Source of the DNA: Spirochaetaceae bacterium
GTDB taxonomy: Bacteria; Spirochaetota; Spirochaetia; DSM-2461
Assembly (NCBI GenBank): GCA_051531975.1
Contig: JAOPTT010000002.1
Span: 634,445-698,444 of the forward strand
Reading direction: 5' to 3'
Length of the DNA: 64,000 bases
Position numbers and translations under genes: made by a program. Shown one piece after another: positions 10,993-19,152 of this stretch. The stretch's first letter is position 1. Each line of letters begins with the position of its first letter. The notes beneath the pieces were generated by a model. It did not search any database and was not told the DNA's origin. It saw only the letters and a list, made by a program, of their open reading frames with translations.

Positions 10993-11913
10993 TTAAAATA
11001 GACTCGTTTTTGTTAGTTTTTTTGCGACACTATTAGCAGTAATTAGTAAAATAATATTAATTACTGTATTAAATAGTTCTATTGCTGTTGAATAACTAAA
11101 ATTACTTTGAATGAGTCCAACCTTGTAGACATAGGTTGATATTACTTCTGAAGCTCCTAAGTTTGCTCCATTTTGCAGTAGATATACCTTTTGAAATCCT
11201 AAATCCATTAACTTTCCAATTCGTAATACAAACATGATGATTATTGTCGGCGCTATACTAGGAAGATCGATATGTATGATTCTTTGGAGCTTATTGGCAC
11301 CGTCTATTATGGCTGCTTCATGTAGATCAGGAGGAACTGATGATAGTGATGCAATATAGATTATTGAACTCCACCCAGCAGATTGCCAAATACCTGATCC
11401 TACAAAAATATGTTTAAATAACCCAGGTATTAACATAAAGTTTATTTTATCACCACCAAAGTGACCTATAACGTTATTAATAACACCGGTATTTACAGAT
11501 AAAAACAGGGTAACCATACTACATAAAACAACAACAGAGATAAAATGGGGCATATAGGTTATCATCTGAACAACTTTTTTAAATCTTCTACTTGGAGAGT
11601 AATTTAATACTAAGGCAAGTACTATCGGTATTGGAAAAGTAATTAAAGATAGGATATTTATATTGATAGTATTTTTCATAATACTACCAAATTGAGGAGA
11701 ACCAATAAATCTGGCAAAGTGTTTTAATCCAACCCAGTCACTGCCCATTATACCTTTAAGCATAGAAAACTTTTTAAATGCTAATGTTATTCCATACATA
11801 GGTATATAAGATAATAAAATCGTATAAATTATTGCTGGTAGTAGTAGTATGTATAGTGGAATACTTAATTTAAACCTTCTTTTTAATGAAGCTGTAAAAT
11901 ATTTATTTTTCAT
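10993..11913 (-). CDS. Carbohydrate ABC transporter permease (MalF/LplB-like)
   Basis: WVGLKHF, YMPHFISVVV and LHEAAIIDGA motifs; start probably ATG 11913 (ORF track starts at 11967). Confidence 0.92.
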   Translation of the reverse strand: MKNKYFTASLKRRFKLSIPLYILLLPAIIYTILLSYIPMYGITLAFKKFSMLKGIMGSDWVGLKHFARFIGSPQFGSIMKNTININILSLITFPIPIVLALVLNYSPSRRFKKVVQMITYMPHFISVVVLCSMVTLFLSVNTGVINNVIGHFGGDKINFMLIPGLFKHIFVGSGIWQSAGWSSIIYIASLSSVPPDLHEAAIIDGANKLQRIIHIDLPSIAPTIIIMFVLRIGKLMDLGFQKVYLLQNGANLGASEVISTYVYKVGLIQSNFSYSTAIELFNTVINIILLITANSVAKKLTKTSLF

Positions 11914-12080
11914 TTTAATAATACCTTTAATATTCAATTTTTTCGAACGACTAAATAATCCTACCATCTATATACCGTTCGTAAATAAACTTATATTGAA
12001 CTATTAAAGGTGAGTGTACATATTAGAGTTGATATTAGGTATATATATACATTTTTTGAATAATAATTAACTATTTTCAA

Positions 12081-14258
12081 TTAAGGTCTATTATTTGCTC
12101 TATATTCACCAGGGGTTAAACCTTCACTTTTTTTAAAACTTCTAATAAAACTAGATGGATGATATCCACCAATCTCAGAAACTATATCAGAAATAGTCAT
12201 ACCAGAGTTTAATAACAGATTTTTTGCCTCATTAATCCTTATTTCATTTATGTAGGTTGAAATGTTTTTATCAAAATGAGTCTTAAAGAAGTGACTTACG
12301 TTAGATAGAGATGTATTAAATTCATTTGCAATTAATTTAACACTAAAGTTATTTGTTTTATAGTTTCTATTTATATAGTTAACAATTTCATCTCTATTTA
12401 AAGATGATTTTTTACTATTATTATTAACTTTCTTCTCTTTTTCAATAATAGATAAAATGTCACTTACTATTTTATCAATAATATTCTCAACATTTAGAAT
12501 AGAATCAAAATTAGAATTGTGAATTAGATAAGAATATTTATTAAAAAGATTATCGCAATTGATGTCCAATTCTGTTAAAGCCTGAATTGAAGTATTAACT
12601 ATATCGTGGATGATGTAGATCCATATATATTCATCACTAGGGTGGGATCTTAAAACATCCTTAAAAATATGACTTTTCCTTCTTATACTTTTTGCATCCA
12701 TTTCACTAATTGCCCGGGAGAGGTTTTCAATATTTGTACGATCATATAGTGACTTTTTATATCTTTTTACTTTTAGTTTATTATAAAAAGATATGGTTTT
12801 GTTTTTTGTTCTACTATTCTGAAGTGATATAAGAGCTTGACAGTAAGATCTATTTATTTTCTCTATATTCTCAACAAAGTCACCTACTCCTACAGTTATA
12901 GTGGATTTTTCTATTTTATCTAAACCAATAGATTTTAGAAGGTTTTCAACATATATAAAATCGTCAAACTTACTACCTACAACTAAGATAATATTATTAC
13001 TTTCATATAACTCTGCATAATATAAATCCTCAATCTTTTGTAATTTTAATCCAATTGATTCTTTAATCTCTTTATTGTAAATATCTAAACAGATACTAAT
13101 ATAATAGTTACTATTTGTATTTATACCACTTAGATTACACTCTTCTGCTACTTGCTCTCTATTACTAGTTGTATTTGATATTAGTTTTAAAACTGTTCTT
13201 TCACAGATATATTGTTTATTTATATTAGTTATATTTTTATTCTGTTCTACTAAACGTTCTAATATAAATCTAGTGGTATCTAGTTCTCCACTGTCTTTAC
13301 CATTATATTGAAAAAGGTTGCTAGCAAACGTTGACAATCGTTTAATTGGGAGATAATTAAACTTCATAGCAAACAATATCCCAATCACTCCTAATAAAAG
13401 TGAGACAACAAGTGAACCTAAAGATATAATTTTTAAAGGGTATGTAATTTTATTTATATAATCATTAGATAGATAAAGTTTAATTGAAAACTCCTCTCCT
13501 CTACTCTGTTTTAGACTATTTAAAGAGATGTAATCATTAAAATTTGAATTATTGGATAAAAATGTGGGATCGTTATAATAGATAATACTATCACCTATAT
13601 TTATAATAATTTTAAACTCCGAATCTAATAATAAAGGTTTAACGATTTCAGAGATAGCATTATAATTAATATGAAATATAACTGTAGATCTTGTTGCTTT
13701 ATTTCCAGTAAATGACTTTTCAATAGGAATAACACAAGTTGTAAATCTCCTTTTTTCACCATAAATTGTTAGATCTGACATTGGTATCCACTTAGCACTA
13801 CATGTAGATGTAAACAGATTAATATAATCAATATTTTTAAAAAATTCGTTTTTTATAACATCATTACAATATCTGTCTATTGTAAATGTATCTACACCAT
13901 AGATATAACCAGTACTATTAGATGAGAAGTATGCAGTATCTATAAAACTATTATTTGATGTATATTTCCTCATTGTAATTTCTATATTAATAAAATTAGC
14001 ACTGTTATCCTTAAACTTATAACTTTTAAACATATTATCCTGTATGATCTGTTCGGTAATACTATTAATATTAATAATTTCTGATTCCAAAATGGTGTGT
14101 ATATTATTTAAATTATGCTGATTTCTTTTTATTATCTCAGACTCATAATATCTATTAATTACTGTAGTAGTAAAAAGTATAAATATCATTATTGGGATTA
14201 ACAATATAACTGAGTATGACAATAAAAATTTAGACTGAATAGACATTTTATTTACCAA
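12081..14258 (-). CDS. Membrane-anchored AraC family regulator with extracytoplasmic sensor domain (YesS-like)
   Basis: Two TM segments flanking a ~240-aa domain; C-terminal AraC HTH (SSFIRSFKKSEGLTPGEYR). Confidence 0.85.
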   Translation of the reverse strand: MVNKMSIQSKFLLSYSVILLIPIMIFILFTTTVINRYYESEIIKRNQHNLNNIHTILESEIININSITEQIIQDNMFKSYKFKDNSANFINIEITMRKYTSNNSFIDTAYFSSNSTGYIYGVDTFTIDRYCNDVIKNEFFKNIDYINLFTSTCSAKWIPMSDLTIYGEKRRFTTCVIPIEKSFTGNKATRSTVIFHINYNAISEIVKPLLLDSEFKIIINIGDSIIYYNDPTFLSNNSNFNDYISLNSLKQSRGEEFSIKLYLSNDYINKITYPLKIISLGSLVVSLLLGVIGILFAMKFNYLPIKRLSTFASNLFQYNGKDSGELDTTRFILERLVEQNKNITNINKQYICERTVLKLISNTTSNREQVAEECNLSGINTNSNYYISICLDIYNKEIKESIGLKLQKIEDLYYAELYESNNIILVVGSKFDDFIYVENLLKSIGLDKIEKSTITVGVGDFVENIEKINRSYCQALISLQNSRTKNKTISFYNKLKVKRYKKSLYDRTNIENLSRAISEMDAKSIRRKSHIFKDVLRSHPSDEYIWIYIIHDIVNTSIQALTELDINCDNLFNKYSYLIHNSNFDSILNVENIIDKIVSDILSIIEKEKKVNNNSKKSSLNRDEIVNYINRNYKTNNFSVKLIANEFNTSLSNVSHFFKTHFDKNISTYINEIRINEAKNLLLNSGMTISDIVSEIGGYHPSSFIRSFKKSEGLTPGEYRANNRP

Positions 14259-14366
14259 GTATTAGCTCCACAATTAATATTGTTCTATCTTTTATCCGAC
14301 TTTTGCTGACACGGAGTAAGACTATTATAGCATATGTTTTTTATGTACATTATTAATGTTGGATTG

Positions 14367-14432
14367 AGTATAATACTTTAATATTATAGTTTAAATGTTA
14401 CATCTGAGAAGATATTTGTTACATTTGAGAAG
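14367..14432 (-). promoter_or_regulatory. Putative activator-dependent promoter with 21-bp-period direct repeat
   Basis: TGTTACATCTGAGAAG (14396) and TGTTACATTTGAGAAG (14417); minus-strand -10 TATACT at 14367-14372. Confidence 0.65.
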
Positions 14433-14720
14433 TGCAATTTCACAGACATTTAATATACAGGCTCTATAATTATGCTGTTTCTGAAATCTCTTTTCATATA
14501 CAAATTTGACTAAATATTCTGCTATAATCAGTCGTAGAGTACAGTCAATGGCTCAGACTTCTGCCTTCTGCCTTGACTGGGAAGATTGTAACATTTAGAA
14601 TTAAAGATATCTGGAAGATGTCTATTACGGAATAAAAGACAAAAACCAGTGTAGGTGTGATTAGTCATCCAGGAGCATAATCCAGGTAACTACCCCCTGG
14701 ACTCCTAAACGGAGACCATT

Positions 14721-17369
14721 ATGATTGAAGAAAAAAACGAAATGAAATCCACTATCCTAATTGTAGATGATCAAATTATCTTCATTAAAATCCTTGATGG
14801 CATGTTAAAAGATGAATACCATATTCAGTCAGCCAGCAACGGAAAGCAAGCCATTGATATCGCAATGGGAAAAGATCAACCCGATCTGATTCTTCTGGAC
14901 ATTGATATCCCACAAATGAACGGATTTGATATCTGTCGAAACCTTAAGAACAATGATAAAACCAAACATATCCCTATCATCTTTATCTCAGCTATGAATG
15001 GCACCGAAGATGAAGTTAAGGGTCTGGAACTTGGAGCCGTGGACTTTATCCATAAACCCTTCCAGTTCAATATCGTTAAAGCCAGGATAAAAACACACCT
15101 GAGTCTGAAACTCCTTGATGATCTGGACAGTGCCAATAAAGCTCTGCAGACCGCCATGAGAAACCTCCATACAACTAGGGTTTCTGCAGGGGTCTACTGG
15201 GTTCAGATCCCCGAGGCGAACCTTTATATCCTCTGCGGATGCCCCGCCGACGTTGTGAAGCATCTGATGAAACGAGGCCTTATCTCCACCGTTAAAAAAG
15301 GGGATACCATGTACGAAAATGGGCCTAACGCAATCCTGCTGTCAGATATGATGATGCAAAATGGAAAATTCGCCAACCTCTCGGAATTTCCCATCCTCCA
15401 GATGTTTTACCGCCAGGGCATGATCATACCCAACCATCCGGGGAACACCGGAGAAAGGCCAATCCTAATAGGCCGAGAGGATCAGGTAAAATCCCAAATG
15501 AACTACATCTACCGAGGAACATACGGTATGACATCCATGGAAGAAATCATGGAAGCTGGGGTTTCGCAAGAACTTGCCCAGGAGATTATAGAAATGAAGT
15601 TGAAGTTCGCCTATGGTAATATCCGAGCCACAGAAGAAGCCTTAGATTCAGTTATAGTAAATAAAGAGTTAATAGAGATTAAGAACGGAGTTTATATCCG
15701 GAGGGTCGATCACAACCGCTATGAATTCCAATACAAAGGTTTATCCACCATAATTGACTTAAACTTACAGCCCAGGGAAAATTACGAATCCCCCTACGAG
15801 CTGGGGTACCACGAAATAGAACGTGAGTATTTTGCGGTGATACACTCAGGAGAAGGTAACGGCTGGGATGTCAATCGACCATCTATGGGTAGCGTCTTAA
15901 TGTACCAAGGTGAAATCTATCTTATTGATGCCGGCCCCAATATACTATCGACCATCAGAGCCCTAGGCATTGATATCAGCGAGATCAAGGGTGTGTTTCA
16001 TACCCATTGCCATGACGACCATTTTGCCGGTCTTCCATCCCTTATGCGTTCGGATCATAAAATCAAATACTATGCGACTCCCCTGGTTCGGGAGTCGGTA
16101 GCTCGAAAACTGGCCTGCCTCATGAACATCCAGGAACAGGACTTCTACCAGTACTTTGATGTCCACGATCTTGAGCTCGATAAATGGAATAACCTTAATG
16201 GCCTTGAAGTAAAGCCACTATTCTCCCCTCATCCCGTAGAAAACAACCTTTTTATTTTCAGAACAATGGGAGAAGATGGATACAAATCCTACGCTCACTG
16301 GGCTGATCTTATATCCCAGGACCTTTTAAAATCCATGGTGTCCTTACCTGGGAAACCAGGGATCTCACAAAAGTTCTATGAAAAAGTCCTGGAAGACTAC
16401 CATTATCCAGCGGATCTAAAAAAACTGGATATCGGTGGTGGGATGATACACGGACAGGCCGGGGATTTTCGGAATGACCTATCTGGAAAAATTATTCTGG
16501 CTCATAAAGATGTGGCTCTGTCCGACATCGAAAAAGAGGTGGGCTCCCAGGCTGCCTTCGGGGTCATGGATGTCCTGATTCCCTCGTATCAGACCTACCT
16601 GCGTAAACAGGCCTTTTCCTACCTTAGAGACTACTTCCCTTCGGTTCTAGCGAACCAACTCCAAACCCTCCTGAACTCTAAAATGGTATCCTTTAATCCA
16701 GGAACCATAATACAAAAAGGAGGAGAACAGGTTCAATGGGTCTACCTGATTCTTGCGGGGAGCGTTGAATACATCCAATCGGATTCCGGTATACATAACA
16801 GCCTGTCAAATGGTTCTTTTGTAGGTGAAATATCCATCCTACGAAAAATACCGTCAGTTGGAACTTTTCGGGCGCTATCTCATGTTAAGGCTCTGCGCTT
16901 TTCATCCTACCAGTATCAAACCTTCCTAGAAATAAATGGTTTGTATAAAGAAATGAATAAAATTATCAATCATGTGCAATTCCTTCAGAAAACCTCCCTC
17001 TTCGGTGAAGGGATATCCTATCCTATCCAGAATAAAGTAGCACAGGTCCTTAAGTCATTGACAGTCTCTGACGGTCAAATCGTAATTCCGGAAACCATCA
17101 AAAGCCTATATATGGTCAAATCTGGAGAGATTCAACTTGTCCACCCCTCGGGTCATATTTCTGAAAAATTGGGATCTGGCACCTACTTCGGCGAACAGAG
17201 CTTTTTTTCTTCAGAACCCTTCCAATTCAAGGTCGTGGCAACAGGAATAACCGAATTGTATCTAATCCAGGATTATTCTCTCCTTGAGATTCCTATAGTG
17301 CACCTTAAGCTCTTAGAAACACTTTCAAAAAGAAAAATCATCCTTGAGAATGTTTTTCCAGGCTTATAA
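14721..17369 (+). CDS. Response-regulator receiver domain fused to a metallo-beta-lactamase-fold hydrolase and two cyclic-nucleotide-binding domains
   Basis: REC: ILIVDD, DLILLD, IIFIS, HKPF. MBL: LIDAG, FHTHCHDDH, PHPVE, IHG, LAH. cNMP-like: YLILAGSVE..GSFVGE and YMVKSGEIQ..GTYFGE. Confidence 0.82.
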   Translation: MIEEKNEMKSTILIVDDQIIFIKILDGMLKDEYHIQSASNGKQAIDIAMGKDQPDLILLDIDIPQMNGFDICRNLKNNDKTKHIPIIFISAMNGTEDEVKGLELGAVDFIHKPFQFNIVKARIKTHLSLKLLDDLDSANKALQTAMRNLHTTRVSAGVYWVQIPEANLYILCGCPADVVKHLMKRGLISTVKKGDTMYENGPNAILLSDMMMQNGKFANLSEFPILQMFYRQGMIIPNHPGNTGERPILIGREDQVKSQMNYIYRGTYGMTSMEEIMEAGVSQELAQEIIEMKLKFAYGNIRATEEALDSVIVNKELIEIKNGVYIRRVDHNRYEFQYKGLSTIIDLNLQPRENYESPYELGYHEIEREYFAVIHSGEGNGWDVNRPSMGSVLMYQGEIYLIDAGPNILSTIRALGIDISEIKGVFHTHCHDDHFAGLPSLMRSDHKIKYYATPLVRESVARKLACLMNIQEQDFYQYFDVHDLELDKWNNLNGLEVKPLFSPHPVENNLFIFRTMGEDGYKSYAHWADLISQDLLKSMVSLPGKPGISQKFYEKVLEDYHYPADLKKLDIGGGMIHGQAGDFRNDLSGKIILAHKDVALSDIEKEVGSQAAFGVMDVLIPSYQTYLRKQAFSYLRDYFPSVLANQLQTLLNSKMVSFNPGTIIQKGGEQVQWVYLILAGSVEYIQSDSGIHNSLSNGSFVGEISILRKIPSVGTFRALSHVKALRFSSYQYQTFLEINGLYKEMNKIINHVQFLQKTSLFGEGISYPIQNKVAQVLKSLTVSDGQIVIPETIKSLYMVKSGEIQLVHPSGHISEKLGSGTYFGEQSFFSSEPFQFKVVATGITELYLIQDYSLLEIPIVHLKLLETLSKRKIILENVFPGL

Positions 17370-17550
17370 TCCCGTGGTGTAGTTTAATACTTCCGTCCAA
17401 AAGAACACAGGACTAAAAGAAAGCTATCTACACTTGTACATAATGAAGAAGTTTCAGATAATATTGGTAATAAGTTAGAAACTTAAAATATTGGTGAGAA
17501 AGATCTTAAAGTCGTTGAACTTTAGAAGATCTTCTGGGTTAGAGGTATAA

Positions 17551-18216
17551 ATGAGTAATTTAGTAAAAGCAGTACTGTTTGATATGGATGGAGTATTAGT
17601 AGATTCGGAAAAGTTTATCTGCCAAGCTGCAATAAGCATGTTTAAAGAACTTGGATTAACTGTTAAAGAAGAGGATTTCCTGCCTTTTGTAGGTGCTGGA
17701 GAGAATTCTTACCTTGGTGGGGTAGCAAATAAATACGACCTGGATTTTGATTTAACTAAGGGCAAAAAAAGAACATACGATATCTACCTTGAGATGATAA
17801 AGGGTAAACTTAACTGTCTTCCTGGTGTAGAAGAGTTTATTAAAGAGTGTAGAAAAAGAGATATTAAGATTGCAGTTGCAACAAGTGCAGATTATGTAAA
17901 GATGAATGCTAACTTAGAGGAGATTGGACTACCAGCACAAACTTTTGATGCTGTTGTTAATGGTCTTCAGGTGGAAAGAAAAAAACCATACCCTGATATC
18001 TATAAATTAGCAGCTTCTTTAATAGATGTAGACCCTAAAAACTGTCTGGTTGTAGAAGATGCAATAAATGGTATTGAAGCAGCAAAAGCAGCCGGTGCTA
18101 AATGCCTTGCTTTAACAACCAGTTTTCCTAGGGATTTATTACAACAAGCTGATTGGATCATACCAGATCTATCATATGTTAATGAAGTTATCGAAGAGAT
18201 GTTTGTTATTAAATGA
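17551..18216 (+). CDS. HAD family phosphatase (beta-phosphoglucomutase-like)
   Basis: FDMDGVLVDS, VATS, KPYPDIY and VEDAING motifs. Confidence 0.9.
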   Translation: MSNLVKAVLFDMDGVLVDSEKFICQAAISMFKELGLTVKEEDFLPFVGAGENSYLGGVANKYDLDFDLTKGKKRTYDIYLEMIKGKLNCLPGVEEFIKECRKRDIKIAVATSADYVKMNANLEEIGLPAQTFDAVVNGLQVERKKPYPDIYKLAASLIDVDPKNCLVVEDAINGIEAAKAAGAKCLALTTSFPRDLLQQADWIIPDLSYVNEVIEEMFVIK

Positions 18217-18259
18217 TTCATACATTGTTTATACGTTCCTATTGATGTAAGATCCAGTT

Positions 18260-18577
18260 ATGAAGAAAATATTTATACTTACACACCCTAAGAAAAAGAA
18301 AGACAGATTATTTGAAGAAGCCAAACGTGACGTAAAAAAGTACATAAAAAGAGAGACTAGCAAAGCATTGCCAGAAGATTTTGATTCTTGGATATTTGAT
18401 TGTAGATTTGGTAAAACAGAAGATGAAGCTAAAACAATAGATAGGAATGATATAACTAAAAATATTGATGCCGCTCAAAAAGAGGATCTGGATTCATTTT
18501 ATCTGGAAATATTAGCAAGACCTTGGAATAAACCCGCAAGTGTATTTATTGATAGATCAGAAGAATCTACTGATTAA
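18260..18577 (+). CDS. DUF6172-like conserved hypothetical protein
   Basis: Recognisable pattern KKYIKRE..KALPEDFDSWIFDCRFG...SFYLEILAR; family assignment is from memory. Confidence 0.65.
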   Translation: MKKIFILTHPKKKKDRLFEEAKRDVKKYIKRETSKALPEDFDSWIFDCRFGKTEDEAKTIDRNDITKNIDAAQKEDLDSFYLEILARPWNKPASVFIDRSEESTD

Positions 18578-18591
18578 TATAATTTTTTAGT

Positions 18592-18631
18592 AAAAAAAAA
18601 GCACAGAGCCTTTAAAAGACTATCTGTGCTT
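18592..18631 (-). terminator. Intrinsic terminator (minus strand)
   Basis: Stem GCACAGA...TCTGTGC followed on the minus strand by nine T residues (A9 at 18592-18600). Confidence 0.75.
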
Positions 18632-18772
18632 ACTACTGTGAGTGTTTATATCTCACTATAATCCCACGTAGGAGATTATCTTTATATTATTATGTAACTA
18701 ACTTTTTTTTTCAATTAGGTGGTTCACCCTCATTATTCAATAATACAGCCCCCTCATAATCAGAATTTACTT

Positions 18773-19030
18773 CTAACTTACTAACTAACTTTATTACTAA
18801 CTAACTAACTTAATTACTAACTATTTTTAAAACTAACTTAAAAACTAACTAACTTAAAAAACTAACTAACTAACTTAAAAAACTAACTAACTTAAAAAAC
18901 TAACTAACTTAAAAAACTAACTAACTTAAAAACTAACTAGCGCTATAACTAACTTACAAACTAACTTACAAACTAACTTACAAACTAACTTACAAACTAA
19001 CTTACAAACTAACAAACTTACTAACTAACC
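18773..19030. repeat. Low-complexity tandem repeat array of CTAA/CTAAC units
   Basis: Block of A5-6(CTAA)nCTT units at ~18829-18937, palindrome TAGCGCTA at 18938-18945, then four perfect AAACTAACTTAC copies at 18958-19005 plus variants. Confidence 0.95.
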
Positions 19031-19038
19031 TACTTATA

Positions 19039-19067
19039 ACTATAAGCTCCAATATTAAATAGCGCAA
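19039..19067 (-). promoter_or_regulatory. Sigma70-type promoter pointing into the repeat array
   Basis: -35 TTGCGC (19067-19062), exactly 17-bp spacer, -10 TATAGT (19044-19039), AT-rich upstream tract. Confidence 0.65.
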
Positions 19068-19152
19068 TGTTTTTCTCATTAAATTGTAAAGAAAATAAAA
19101 TAACACTTCGATTTCTTTAATATTTGAAGTGCTAAAATAATAACAGTAATCA

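Larger units (their letters stand above)
18592..19033 (-). ncRNA. Candidate non-coding RNA composed of GUUAG repeats
   Basis: Bounded by a sigma70-like promoter (19039-19067) and a U9 terminator; no long ORF; about 28 GTTAG motifs plus two 3' hairpins. Confidence 0.5.

Noticed and set aside
18698..18757. Tiny minus-strand ORFs MRGLYY and MRVNHLIEKKS inside the candidate RNA
   Set aside because: Very short, with no well-spaced SD; cannot be supported without ribosome profiling.
18773..19030. CRISPR array or replication-origin iterons
   Set aside because: No unique spacers, units are only 4-21 bp, and no cas, rep or dnaA genes or DnaA boxes were seen nearby.
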